From: Octopus vulgaris | Taxonomy: Eukaryota | NCBI GenBank assembly: GCA_951406725.2 | Contig: OX597827.1 | Coordinates: 41,788,001-41,852,000, forward strand | Direction of reading: 5' to 3' | DNA: 64,000 nt | Program-made: the position numbers and the translations under genes | In this document: positions 1-14,076 of the stretch, piece after piece | Numbering within the stretch: position 1 is the first letter of the stretch | How the letters are laid out: every line of letters begins with the position of its first letter | Notes under the pieces: generated by a model | What the model was told of the DNA's origin: nothing | Seen by the model: only the letters and a program-made list of their open reading frames with translations | The model's database searches: none

Positions 1-262
1 TTACGCACTGGGGTCGATATAATCGACTTAATCCGTTTATCTGTCCTTGTATGTCTCCTCTGTGTTTAGCCCCTTGTTGGTAGTAAAGAAATGGGTATTT
101 TGTCTGTCTTTATGTTCTGAGTTCACATTCCGCCAAGGTCGACTGTGCCTTTCATCCTTTCGGGGTCGATAAATTAAGAGCCAGTTGCCTACTGGGGTCA
201 ACCTAATCGAGTGGCCCCCCTCCCCCAAAATTTCGTGCCGTGTGCCTAGAGTAGAAAAGAAT
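1..262 (+). mobile_element. SINE, 3' part (tRNA-like B-box, GTCGAC-rich core)
   Basis: gagttcacattcc B-box-like motif then gtcgactgtgcctttcatcctttcggggtcgataaa; related pieces at ~9850-10072, ~16685, ~19935, ~53410, ~60520. Confidence 0.7.
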
Positions 263-1389
263 TATAGACACATTAAATAAAGTAATAACACAAAACGAGA
301 CAACAAAAACAACAGACTTTTGTCTTCCCAGGCAGCTTAAAAATACAAGCGTAGTTACACACCAGAAATAGCAAAACTAATAATGTAAAAAAATAGAAAA
401 ACAAATCTATCCCAAAACAGAGACTACCTGAAAAATATTGATGTACATACAACTGAAATAAAAATTCAGCTTTAAAACAAGTAAACAAGGAAAATAGAAA
501 AAATATAAAGAAAGTAGCAGTAGAAATGGAAACTAGGAAACGTTTGTATCCAATATAAAAGAGAAAACAAATGGTTAAAACTTTATTTCAACAGCGACAA
601 CGTCATAGCTTCTCCCGTGTGACGTTAAGAACTTTAAATAACATGAGCACGTTGCAACAACAGCAGGCAAACGCCGCTTTCATTTACATACATAATACAT
701 ACATACATACATACATACATACATACATACACACATACATACATACATACATACATACATACATACATACATACATACACACATACATACATACATACAT
801 ACATATAATTAATTATATTTACACCTGTATATGAGCATATGTATATATATATGTATATAAGTATATGTGCGTGTACATATATATATATGTGTGTGTATAG
901 ATATGTATGTATGTATGTATAATAGAAATATTAAAATTACTAAGTCTCTCTAAAAGAGATTACGGCAGCGTTACTGGAAATTAATTGTTATCGCCATATT
1001 AATATGGCAGTCTTATAGATATAAGACTAAAGCTGTCGTCGATTAGCTCCATGAGGCCATCGCCTTAAGCTAGCTATTTGACACACAAACTGTGTCCATT
1101 ATAACCTTCGAACAAGGTTATATATATATATATATAATAACAAAATAATAAATATAACATATGCATAGACACATACATATATGTACGTACCTACATATAT
1201 ATGTATATATACATGCATATATGGGTACAGGACACAAAGAAAAACGTCAAATACATTGAGAAACGAAAACATAATAACAAAACCATGGAAACGGACATTT
1301 TTTAAACAACGAAAAAACAAAGTACAAGACATACAACATAAGGAAAATTCCCCTTCTTCAGCCACCCCTGCTTCGTCTACTCCGTGTTA

Positions 1390-1675
1390 TATACGAACAG
1401 CCTTGGAGCGGTCAAAATGGAGATCGTTGTGGCAAAATACTTTTAGAAACTTTATTTCAACCAGCGTTAACAGGCTTCGAGGTGCAAGGCAGAGGGGAAA
1501 AGTGGCTGTAAATATACCACCTGCACTGACCTGTAATCTTCATACTTGCAGGATCTGTGGGCTTCTTTGCAAATCGATGGCGGGACTTAAATCTCACATT
1601 CGACATAAGCATTATGACTGACGAAGGAGTAGGTTGTCGGCTCCTCATACGTCGAAACTGACGGGAGAGTCCATC
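1390..1675 (+). mobile_element. RTE-clade LINE 3' end
   Basis: ORF 1181-1621 ends ALERSKWR...CRICGLLCKSMAGLKSHIRHKH (C-terminal C2H2-like finger typical of RTE), then short 3'UTR and (CA)n. Confidence 0.65.
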
Positions 1676-1689
1676 ACACACACACACAC

Positions 1690-1759
<70 letters not shown>

Positions 1760-1779
1760 ATAATATATATATATATATA

Positions 1780-2610
1780 TAGTGACAATTTACAAAAAAA
1801 CAAAAGACGAAGACGGGTGTATAAACAACAAACAGATGTATTAGTTTAACGCTTGGGAAGTGAGAAAGTTTCGACAGGAAGGAACACAGAAATAAACAGA
1901 AATTTCTAGAGAAAATAGGAAAAGTTTGAGTGGCTAGCGATCTATCATGGCAAATGCCGGACAGAGGGATCACACAGAAGAGCTAGGAAGAAGGGGAGAT
2001 AATAAAGTAGTGGAGATAGTAAAGTGGTGGTGATCCCAAAACGAAGGTGCGCGTGCGTGTCTATGTGAGAGCGTGTATGTGCGTGTAGAAGGGGGCTGGT
2101 GACATTGACGTGTGCGTGTGCACCTGTGTAGGTATATGGATGATGGCGTAGGTGCTGGGACGTGGTCAGTGCTAGTGCGTGCGTGCGTGATGGTGTGATG
2201 TGGTGTGGTATTGTGGTGTGTGGTTTGGTGGTGTGTGGTGGTGTGGTGGTGTGGTGGTGTGTGGTTTGGTGGTGTGTCGTGTGGTTGTGTGGGGTGGTGG
2301 TGTGAGTTGTAGTGGTGTGTGGTGTGGTGGTGTTGGGGTGTAGGGGATGCGAGAGTCGGGGAAGCAAGGGTGGGGTCTAAGGGATGGGGTGGAATGGGAT
2401 GAGATGTATAGTGATGGTGGGGTTGGAATGTGTAGGGGTGGGGTAACGACGGAGGGGGTGACGATGAAGGGAGAGGATAGAAATGAGAGGATAGAAGGGA
2501 GAAGGTAGTAGGAGTGAGAAGGGAAGTAGGTGTGAGATGAGAGGAGAGAGGAGGAGGGTTAGATGAGAGGGGAGGAGAGTTGAGCCCATGTGATGCAAAG
2601 GAGCGAACAT
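1780..2610 (-). mobile_element. Penelope-like element, 5'-truncated 3' fragment
   Basis: RSFASHGLNSPPLSSNP matches the ORF segment RSYTPFGLNSPPSSSNP of the 31468-34143 element; terminal caaaagacgaag... matches 31491; HHR segment deleted; abuts (TA)n. Confidence 0.7.
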
Positions 2611-2637
2611 ACAAACACACACACACATACACACACA

Positions 2638-2702
<65 letters not shown>

Positions 2703-3004
2703 CCCCACCGTGATCACCGTGACTGACCAGGCTATCAGATGTTGCTACACATCGCTGGTCACAATGCGCTTCGCATTGTTTTAGCCTTCAAATGACGCCA
2801 CCCCGCTGGCTAAGCGAGCAGGCCAACAAGAAGACTGAATGAGAGAAAGTTGTGGCAAGAGAGTACAACAGGGATTGCACCCGGCTCCCTGCCGTAGCCT
2901 TGTGGAGTTTTAGGTGTTTTAGCTCAATAAACCACTCACAACGTCCGGTCTGGGAATCGAAACCGCGAGTCTGCTGCCCAAACCACTGGGCCATTTCGCC
3001 TCCA

Positions 3005-3005
<1 letters not shown>
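2703..3005 (-). mobile_element. tRNA-derived SINE (family B)
   Basis: Reverse complement of the copies at 42591-42888 and 63298-63540; A-box tggcccagtgg, B-box gtttcgattccc. Confidence 0.8.
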
Positions 3006-3047
<42 letters not shown>

Positions 3048-3410
3048 TTGTATGTTCTCTACCGTTTATAATTATTTAAATTCTTCCTCTGAGAAAAGAG
3101 GTGGTTTCAAACGAAAATACAAAGTTCTATAACAAAAACCTTGTCACATATTAAACTTGAGGAAAGTCTTGCATATTTTTACTGTTCCACTTACAGATTG
3201 TATTTGTAATGTAGGAGTTAGTTGGTCGATTTCTTTTTCTGAAAACCTTCTCGTATACAGATTCTCCCCTAGACACTCACAAAACCAAGAACACCGATTG
3301 TTTTTTTTATAATTAACTTTTTTCTTTCCAGTTATCCCTGCTATAATTTAACACAGCACGGGCAGGGGACTGTGAAGTCGTGTATAAAACAAATGGAGAA
3401 CAGGACATTT

Positions 3411-3975
3411 TATTGGGTTGTCCGGAAAGTTCGATTTTTAAAGGAAAGAAAAAAGTCAATAGATACTTGCCATTACATTTTTAATCAACCAAATATGAAC
3501 CATTTTGTTGCACAATGCGTCTCCATCTTTCCTTTAACATGAAAATACTATCTTCCCAGAAATGAGGTGGTTTCATGGCAAAGAATTCATCAAGGTATCT
3601 TTTTACGTCATACAAGGAATTGAAACGTTTACCACTAAGATTATTCTGCAGACACCTGTGTAAGTGGAAATCCGAAGGAGCAATATCTGGTGAATATGGA
3701 GGGTGGGGTAACACATCCCAGCCGAACTGCAGCAAGTTGTGTCTGGTTCCCAAAGCATCAAGTGCCGAAAATGAACTTTTTTATCTTCCATTTTAAAGGG
3801 TTACAGAATTAACACAGGTTATAGGAACATAAATTTTCTTCAGCGAAAAGATAGCTTAAACTGTGCTCTAAATGGAGGTGTAGTCAAATCCTATTTTATG
3901 GACTCAACCATGTTCTAAAATAAGTCGAAATGTAAGCTACTATAAATCGGCACGAACTTTCCGGACAACCCAATA
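3411..3975 (-). mobile_element. Internally deleted mariner (non-autonomous)
   Basis: TA-flanked TIRs ttgggttgtccggaaagttcg; N-terminal MEDKKVHFRHLML joined to C-terminal GWDVLPHPPYSPDIAPSDFHL. Confidence 0.92.
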
Positions 3976-4509
3976 TTTTCAAAAGAAAGAAGAAGAGAAA
4001 GCAAAGAAAGAAAATAATAATAAATAATTTTTTTTAAAAATTAACAATAAATAAATAAAAACAAAGAACGAGAAGAGAGAGAAAAGAAGGAATAAAAAAT
4101 AAATAAATGGAATAAAATGAAATAGACTACACACTCTTACACATTCTCTCGTCAATCACTCATAAAATCTTAATTCAGGTCTACAAGAAGAGAACCCCAC
4201 TTGTTGGTATAGATGTGAATTTATAATCTGAGTTCAGAAGCTGGAGGTTTCAAAGCAGTTGGCCATGTATGTATGTATGTATGTATGTATGTATGTATGT
4301 ATGTATGTATGTATGTATGTATGTATGTATGCATGTATGCATGTATGTATGTATGTATGTATGTATGCATGTATGTATGTTTGTATGTATGTATGTATGT
4401 ATGTATGTATGCATGTATGTATGTATGTATGTATGTATGTATGTATGCATGTATGCATGTATGTATGTATGAATGTATGTATGTATGCATGCATGTATGT
4501 ATGTATGTA

Positions 4510-5430
4510 CTTATTCAGCTTTATTTCAAGATTTCTTGCCAATAGAGAAAGAACTGGTTTGTAACCTAGATCCAAGGCTCCTTCATTGGAATTTCAACTT
4601 CATTAACAGAGTATGTATGTATGTATGTATGTATGTATGTATGTATGTATGTATGTATGTATGTATGTATGTATGTGCAGATTTGTATGTTTTATGTCTG
4701 TATCTTCATGCACATAGTTGCATATCTAGACATGCTCATATATATTTAAATGACAAACTTCTGGAAAGTTTTACAGATTTTAACAGTTCCAGTGCCAGAT
4801 TGGATCTGTAACCTTCGAATTAGCTTTCACCTTTCTGGTTCTGAGAACCTTCATTTCTCAAGATTTGTAGTTAGGCAGTGTGTCCCATATTCCAGGGTCC
4901 TAATAATTACAGGTATAAACCTGAACTTGTAATCTGGATAGAGTAACTACAGATTTCTCAATAGTTCAGCATAGGTGTTCTCTTTTTCACTTTATGTTAA
5001 CATCCGCTGGCCAGCTAATTTCTACAACTGTGCACAGTTTCTCTTCTCTATCTCAAACCATTATATCAGGTCTGTTGTGATTACATTTTATTGAGGTCTT
5101 CACTGGTACAATCCACCAGTATTCATTTTTATCATGAGTGGCTATGGCTTCTATTATATTGTGGGTTCTTATTTCTTTGTCCTCGGGTTTATCCTTCCGA
5201 CGGATAACATTATAGACTATCTTAGCTACAACATCATGTCTCATCGGTAGATAAAACCGTAATGACATTTTCGGACAACTGCTTATGACATACGTCATAT
5301 CTTCAGTGTGAACTCCACAAAGTCTTCATCGATTGTCACATTTTATGGATTTTCTTGCATCTCTATCTCTTTTGTGCATCAAGCACTTGGTTGATATTTC
5401 CTGTTCCTGTATTGCAAACGCATACCATTC
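4510..5430 (-). mobile_element. RLE-type non-LTR retrotransposon 3' fragment in (TATG)n
   Basis: VISSC...RHDVVAKIV...WW...NRPDIMV (CCHC remnant plus restriction-like endonuclease); (TATG)n nearby on both sides and inside the 3' region. Confidence 0.75.
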
Positions 5431-5892
5431 TAAGTGGGCGGTAGTAATCCGGCTATTCGTCTACGATAAACTGCTTTTATGATCGATGTTACTATCATCA
5501 CGGAGCTTTCTACTGACATATCCATGTATGTATGTATGTATGTATGTATGTATGTATGTATGTATGTATGTATGTATGTATGTATGTATGTATGTATGTA
5601 TGTATGTATATAGGTATAAACAGAAATGAGGTTAGGAAAATCGTGTGTATTTGAACAAGGCAAACGAAGTGTGTATATAACATTAAAAAAAATTCTAGAT
5701 TTACTAAGATTATCCCAGCTTCCAGAGATGTCAGATTAATCACTTGGTGGCAAATGAAACGAACTCCAAACGAGAAGGGGAGATAACTTCAAAAACAAAG
5801 AATTTTCGAAATATTGAGGTGCTATTACGGCAAGACAGTCTATCTAGAAATAAAAGTACAGCCCCAGAAACTTCTTTCTACCTCAGTAAGAA

Positions 5893-5984
<92 letters not shown>

Positions 5985-6152
5985 ATGTGTTTGTGTGTGT
6001 ATGTGTGTGTGTGTGTCCTAAAATCTACCTAACCGTGTTATTTTATGTACGAGTACATGAATACCCACCTAAATGTATTTAAATGGTCTTCGCAATACAG
6101 ATGCACTTTATTGAAATGGCACCGAGAAAGCTTTAATATGCCATGCTCGAAC

Positions 6153-6200
6153 TTAGCTCTGATTGCGCGCATAGTTTGAGCAGAAACAGCTGTTAGCTAA
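6153..6200 (+). ncRNA. Degenerate type I hammerhead motif
   Basis: TTAGCT-CTGATTG-C-GCGCA tagtt TGAGC-A-GAAA-CAGCTG-TT-AGCTAA: 6-bp stem I and palindromic stem III, but core G8/A9 altered. Confidence 0.5.
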
Positions 6201-6496
6201 TTAAAAATGATTGCGTAACGCCTGTTTTTTTTGTCATTCCTTAACTGATACACACACGCATACGCAAACACACACACGCACACACATGTATATACACACA
6301 CAACCTCCACCACCACATATATCTGTGCATGTATAAACCGAGAAGAGACGATTACAAAATAAAATTTGCATACCTACCAGCTAAACTCTTAATTTTATTT
6401 GACATAAATAATAGGAAAATCTAAAGGCACAAAGACCCAGAGGCAGACAAAATGCCTTATTATATAAGACACGTATTGCTTGAAAGTTTAGCATTT

Positions 6497-6527
<31 letters not shown>

Positions 6528-6644
6528 CGCTATTGTATTTTTAGGTGTTTAATTTTATTTTATAAAATTTTTATGAATTTTAAAAAATTTTATAATTTTC
6601 TAATTTTTTAAATCTTTTAAATTTTGTAAAAATATATTAGGAAG

Positions 6645-6685
<41 letters not shown>

Positions 6686-6691
6686 AACAAG

Positions 6692-6765
<74 letters not shown>

Positions 6766-6844
6766 CTTGTTCTTATTTTTAATGAAGATATCTTAGAATT
6801 TGTAGATTAAGTTGGATCCGTTAATAATAATAATAAAAAGACGA

Positions 6845-6930
6845 AAATAGCCTGAGGATGCACTGGTGGATTTGTGTATTAGGTATAGCCTGGTAAAACA
6901 AACCACCAGTGCTGAAACACGTGTAGCGTT
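6845..6930 (+). ncRNA. Type I hammerhead ribozyme (Penelope-type)
   Basis: CTGAGGA 6852-6858; stem II GCACTGGTGG/CCACCAGTGC; GAAA 6914-6917; ACACGTGT palindrome; GUA site; weak stem I. Confidence 0.78.
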
Positions 6931-7283
6931 GATTAATATTATCTTCTTTCCCCACAGGCTAATAACAGGTAAGGTATATATATTTTTTTTAAATATACTT
7001 AAACAATTTACAATTCTAATGTACTTTATTCTTATTGTATCTTATAGTAGGCTTTAAAATGCTTATATTATTAGATTAGTATTTAGGATATAATTTTCTA
7101 TGTGTACTCCAGTAAATGAGGTTGCCCTGAAATTGAAGTTGTTGCCCTGTTGGTAAAATTCCAAATTTGTAATAATAATATTATAACTGATACCGTTTGC
7201 TTGCTTTGCATTAATAAAGTGTAAAATAGTAAATATCCTGACAACCTGGAATAATTATTATTCCCTAAGGTTTAAAAAAAATA

Positions 7284-7339
<56 letters not shown>

Positions 7340-7340
<1 letters not shown>

Positions 7341-8049
7341 CTCGTAGGATGAGTTCCTGGATCTTAAGAACTTTCCGGTCCAGAGAACTTTTTTCCTCCT
7401 TTGTACGGCCACACCTTGAATACTGCTGCCCACTGTGGTCTCCTCACACAAGACAAAACATCTCCAGAATTGAGTCACCCCAGAGGGCTCTCACTAAACA
7501 AATTGAAGGCATGGCTGCTCTCGATTATTGGGATCGCCTTAAAGCCTTGAAACTTTACTCCCTCCAGCGTCGCCGTGAGCGGTACATCATTTGTACGATG
7601 TGGAAAATATACCGCCAACTTTGCCCAAACGACCTAAACATCAGCTTCAATGTTCATCCAAGACTTGGACCACGGGCTATACGTCCCCTGCCAAATTCAA
7701 GATCACAACATACATGTACACTGCAACATAATTTCTTCTCCTCAACAGGTCCTGCCCTATTTAACATTGTCCCGAGGGAGATCAAAGAGGAAAAGGATCC
7801 CATCAACTTCAAACAGAGTCTGGATAGATTCCTTCAAAGAATACCAGATAAGCCACCCATAATTGGATGCAACTCACCTAACAAGAACTCACTACTTGAA
7901 CAAAACTGGATACAACTCACCCAACAAGAACTCACTACTTGAACAAAACTTGACTTAAACAGGATTCGAATAATCCTATCAGGTGGTGCTATTAAGTTAG
8001 ACATGGCCTGGACCAATCTCTGGTCGAAACATATCTAAGTTTTATCTAA

Positions 8050-8052
<3 letters not shown>
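7340..8052 (+). mobile_element. CR1/L2-group LINE 3' end
   Basis: ORF 7349-7942 VRPHLEYCCPLWSPH...DYWDRLKALKLYSLQRRRERY; ends in tatctaagtt x2; (TA)n on both sides. Confidence 0.8.
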
Positions 8053-8101
<49 letters not shown>

Positions 8102-8214
8102 TGTGCATATATGTACGTATGTATGTATGTATGTATGTATGTATGTATGTATGTATGTATGTATGTATGTATGTATGTATGTATGTATGTATGTATGTAT
8201 GTATGTATCAATCA

Positions 8215-8311
<97 letters not shown>

Positions 8312-8459
8312 AAAGAGTGTACATTAAAACACAAGAGAAAACTGCCTTCAACAGGTAGTTTTTACACGCTAGAAGAAGTAGTCAAAACGACCAAAACCAC
8401 ATTTAAGAGCAATCTTCAAAAGGAACGAAAAATAAAACTTTTACCTTGTTATTTAAATC

Positions 8460-8533
8460 CGGTCAGACCTTGATTTCTAATTTTTTTTAGCAAATAACAT
8501 AATTTGCTAGGCGAAAGTTTTCATCAGTGACCG
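8460..8533 (-). ncRNA. Type I hammerhead, left arm
   Basis: CGGTCA-CTGATGA-...TAGCAAAT/ATTTGCTA...-GAAA-TCAAGG-TC-TGACCG; 6-bp stem I, GUC site; base of stem II and stem III weakened. Confidence 0.7.
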
Positions 8534-8732
8534 CGCCATAACACTAACTTATAATTAAGAGACGACTAACACGTGTCTCTTCATTATACATTATAAAACT
8601 TTTATTAGTTCGGCAGTCATTCATTTACTGACGAGTGATACTGCCCTCGCGCGGTGAATTTGAAAAATTATAATATATAACGAAGAGACACGTGTTAATC
8701 GTCGATTAATTATATGGTAGTGTTATAGCACG

Positions 8733-8802
8733 GTCACTGATGAAAAATTTCGCCTAGCAAATTATTTTATTTGCTAAAAACATTTTGAAACCTAGGTCTG
8801 AC
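8733..8802 (+). ncRNA. Type I hammerhead, right arm
   Basis: GTCA-CTGATGA(8737-8743)-AAAAT...ATTTT-GAAA(8787-8790)-CCTAGG-TC-TGAC; canonical core, GUC, cleavage predicted after C8798. Confidence 0.82.
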
Positions 8803-9036
8803 AGGAATAAAATAACAAGGTAAAATATTTTATTTTTCATTCCTTTTGAAGATTGCTCTTAAATGTCGTTTTGGACGTTTTGACTACTTCTTCTAGCGTG
8901 TAAAAACTGCCTGTTGAAGGCAGTTTTCTCTTGTGTTTAAATGTACATTATTTTATATTTGAGAATATGTTGTCTATTGACTTTTTTATACATGTTAGCC
9001 CCTGGTGGTGAATTTTAAAAAAATCTCACCACCCTA

Positions 9037-9109
<73 letters not shown>

Positions 9110-9160
9110 GTCTGTCTATCGATATGTATATATATATATACAAATATATGCCAGTGTATA

Positions 9161-9200
<40 letters not shown>

Positions 9201-9354
9201 TTATTATTACCTATGAGGTTTTTATTCCCATGCTAGCCAGATATGATCGGTATTTTCAATAACGATCTTATCCTTATTTATATAAATTTATATATATACA
9301 TGCATACACACACACACACACACACACGCAAACACACACACACACACACACACG

Positions 9355-9432
<78 letters not shown>

Positions 9433-9434
<2 letters not shown>

Positions 9435-9598
9435 CGACAGGCTCCTTTCAGTTTCCGTCTTCCAAAACTACCCACAAAGCTTTATTCGGCCCGAGGCCAT
9501 TGTAGGAGACACTTGCGAAACATTATGCGGTGAGACTGAATCCGGAACCATATGGTTGGAAGGGAAGTTTCTTACCACACAGCCGGCCGTACCTGCGT
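9433..9598 (-). mobile_element. tRNA-derived SINE (family A), 5' half
   Basis: Reverse complement of the head of 21217-21600. Confidence 0.75.
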
Positions 9599-10073
9599 GT
9601 ATAAACATTTAAAATGTATATACAAACGTTGAACGGCACAAGCTGTCATGTTTTGTCTCAGAGAAACTACTTTAAAAGACCTGTGTGTTCAGAATACACG
9701 CGACTTCGCTCAGAATATGGATGGGTGGTCAGAAACGGTGTATCAAACTGATTCAGTCTTCTCACGGTTATTCTGAGCCATGCCAAAAATGTTTATTACT
9801 TAGTCCTTGTTCAGCAGATCAATGATATTAATTTCAACTGTTGACACAATGTCAGCACTTTGGTGGGACGTGATCAGTCGATTATTTCGACTGCAGTGTC
9901 TAAGTGGTACATATTTTATCGATCTCGAAAGGATGAAATGCAAAGTCGACTTCGGCGGAACTTGAACTCAGACCGTAATGACGAACGAAATTAAGTACAA
10001 GTGAAACACTGGGATCGATGTAATCGACTAGTCCCCAACCAAATTTTAGGCTTTGAGCCTTTAGTAAAAAGGA

Positions 10074-10136
<63 letters not shown>

Positions 10137-10160
10137 GCCGCCGCCGCCACCACCACCACC

Positions 10161-10237
<77 letters not shown>

Positions 10238-10244
10238 AATCAAT

Positions 10245-10800
10245 ATTGAGTGAGAGAGCAGTGCATGCCATTAGAATGACACTGGGATTAAATATATTAA
10301 GTTCTGTATACCCATCATGACTACCCGCCTGATAAGGGTACACCAGACACATGGATCGCAACCATATGTACGCGTCATGGTGACTTTATATCAAGATAAT
10401 CAGAGCATGATCTTGCAGGTGGGGCCCAGTTAGAATTTTTTCAGGTCGAGTAGCCTATCTCACTGAAAAGGTCCTCGATTAAGAGTTGTTTAAGGACACT
10501 AAATGAAACACCCATGTTTCCAGAGGAGAAATATTCAAACTCCAGAGAATTCTTCTCAACACATAGCTATGATGCTCCCCACTACTTCTGTTCGTGATCA
10601 GAGATGCACATACCGTCAGCCACCAAAGGACAAGCTCAACTGGTTAAGGTCAAGCAACTGACAAGCAAATTTGTGGTATTGAGCAGAATATTTGCTGTAG
10701 CCCAACTTTTATACCAAGACAAAACATGTACATGATAACACTTCCAATCAGTTAAGATCAAAAGCCATGAGAGCCACTGCCAGGTACACCTTAGGGCATC
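10245..10800. mobile_element. ~560-bp non-coding element in trinucleotide tract, copy 1
   Basis: tgagtgagagagcagtgcatgcc...agggcat; same ends as 11799-12363. Confidence 0.8.
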
Positions 10801-10818
10801 ATCATCATCATCGTCATC

Positions 10819-10881
<63 letters not shown>

Positions 10882-10980
10882 ATCTTTCTGTCAGTTTGAA
10901 TGGTGAAGTTCCAGAGGAGTGAGATGTGGTCATTTTCAAGCTCTGGGGGTAATTTGTGTTCCCACCAGTTTTTTTTTAGA

Positions 10981-11110
<130 letters not shown>

Positions 11111-11133
11111 GCTGTTGTTGTTATTGTTGTTGC

Positions 11134-11214
<81 letters not shown>

Positions 11215-11216
<2 letters not shown>

Positions 11217-11787
11217 GTTTGACTTTTGTTTTATATTTGTACAAGTTGGCTCCAAGTCTCACCCGGAGACCTCAAGAGACAGGTTGGAAGTTCACGTTGT
11301 TGTTATGCCTAGTGTGCCATATATTTGGTTGTATTTTTTGTGTTGTACTGGTGGATGTCTAAAAAAAAATGTTTGTTTTAAACCTTGAGATTACATAGAA
11401 AGTATTTTGCGTGGGATATGAGCAGTTCCCATGAGCACTATCTTTTGAATTTCTGCCATTTTTGGGTTTCCTGGTATCTGAGTTAGGTAGCTATCAGCCC
11501 CTTTTGCTATCATTCCCTGGGCACCTTTGACAACAGGTATTGTTTTAGTTTTCAGGTTCCACATTTTGCTGATTTCGTTTCAAGATCTTTATATTGGCTC
11601 AGTTTTTGGTAGGTCTTGACAGATACGTTTATATCGATTGGGATTGTCATATCAATGAGGAGGCATGTTCTTTGTTTGAAGTCTTTCAATATGATGTCTG
11701 GCCTATTTGCATCTATCTTTCTGTCAGTTTGAATGGTGAAGTTCCAGAGGAGTGAGATGTGGTCATTTTCAAGCACTGGGAGTGGTT
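11215..11787 (-). mobile_element. R4/Dong-like RLE LINE 3' end (family 2)
   Basis: LLWNFTIQTDRKIDANRPDIILKD...DMTIP...KLSQYKDL; (TAA)n on both sides; its 3'UTR recurs at 54480-54588. Confidence 0.85.
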
Positions 11788-11798
11788 TATTATTATTA

Positions 11799-12508
<710 letters not shown>

Positions 12509-12510
12509 TA

Positions 12511-12594
<84 letters not shown>

Positions 12595-12604
12595 GATTTG
12601 AAAT

Positions 12605-13008
12605 GTCTGTGGGAAGTAGCTTGCTTACCAGCCACATGGTTCCGGGTTCAGTCCCACTGCGTGGCATCTTCGGCAGGTGTCTTCTACTATAGCCTCGAGA
12701 CGGCCAAAGCCTTGTGAGTGCATTTGGTAGACGAAAACTGAAAGAAGCCCACCATATATATATATATGTAGGTATGTATGTGTTTGTGTATATGTTTTTG
12801 TGTCTGTGTTTGTCCCCCCAACATCGCTTGACAACCGATGCTGGTGTGTGTACGGCTCCGTAACTTAGTGGTTCGGCAAAATAGACCGATAGAATAACTA
12901 CTAGGCTTACTGAGAATAAGTCCTGGGGTCGATTTGCTCGACTAAAGGCAGTGCTCCAGCATGGCCACAGTCAAATGACTGAAACAATTAAAGAGAGTAA
13001 AAGAGAGT
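12605..13008 (+). mobile_element. tRNA-derived SINE (family A)
   Basis: B-box ggttcagtccc, internal (TA)/(TG) tract, tail aaatgactgaaacaa. Confidence 0.85.
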
Positions 13009-13234
13009 ATTCTTCTTCTTCTTCTTCTTCTTCTTCTTTTTCTTCTTCTTCTTCTTCTTCTTCTTCTTTTTCTTCTTTATTATTCGTAGAGGTAGCTGCA
13101 GTAGTATAGTATTAACATTAATAATAGCACTAGTAGTGGTTGTAGTAATAGCATTAGTTGTAGAAGTAGTGTTAAAAGCATTTGTAGAACTACTACTACT
13201 AATACAACTACTATCGCTACTACTACTACTATCG

Positions 13235-13280
<46 letters not shown>

Positions 13281-13301
13281 CACTACTACTGCTGGTGATG
13301 A

Positions 13302-13334
<33 letters not shown>

Positions 13335-13381
13335 AACCACCACCACCACCAACGCCACATCTGCTGCTGCTGCTGCTGCTG

Positions 13382-13426
<45 letters not shown>

Positions 13427-13897
13427 GTAGTAGTAGTTGTAGTAAAATTCGTTGTTGTTGATTTTGTTCACTATATTTTATTTTGCTAATGTTGATCTTG
13501 TGTCTCAGAAGATTCAAGCAGACTGTATCGATCAATTTGCACTGTGAGACCTTCCAATTTGATCGTGGAAGCACACAAACACCGACACATACATACACAC
13601 ATACGTTCACAAAACACACATACATACAAACACTGTCACATACGCACACAAACAGAGTACATAAATTCACTCGCACACACATACACACACTCACAGACGC
13701 ACACTTACATACATGTAAACACAGACACGTACAATTCATACATTCATGCATACATACGTATGCACCCACATACAGACAGGCAGACGTAGAATAAATATAC
13801 AAATATGATTCAGAAAAATTAATAAGTAAAGAAAGAATTCACAAGAAATGTAATTTGAAAAGGAATTCAAAAATACAAACAGTAAAAAATAGGTGAG

Positions 13898-13931
<34 letters not shown>

Positions 13932-14012
13932 TGTATGTATGTATGTATGTATGTATGTATGTATGTATGTATGTATGTATGTATGTATGTATGTATATAT
14001 ATATATATATTC

Positions 14013-14076
<64 letters not shown>

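Larger units (their letters stand above)
8318..8947. mobile_element. Non-coding foldback element (~285-bp inverted arms, ~57-bp spacer)
   Basis: 8318-~8603 is a diverged reverse complement of ~8661-8947; lies between (TATC)n tracts. Confidence 0.9.

Noticed and set aside
1339-1362. Minus-strand CTGAAGA + short stem
   Set aside because: No following GAAA or cleavage triplet
1618-1662. CTGACGA + stem + later GAAA
   Set aside because: GAAA is ~8 nt off stem II and stems I/III are absent; better explained as RTE 3'UTR
8628-8698. Possible third HHR in the foldback spacer (CTGACGA...GAGACACGTGTT)
   Set aside because: No stem II, and GAAA is not intact
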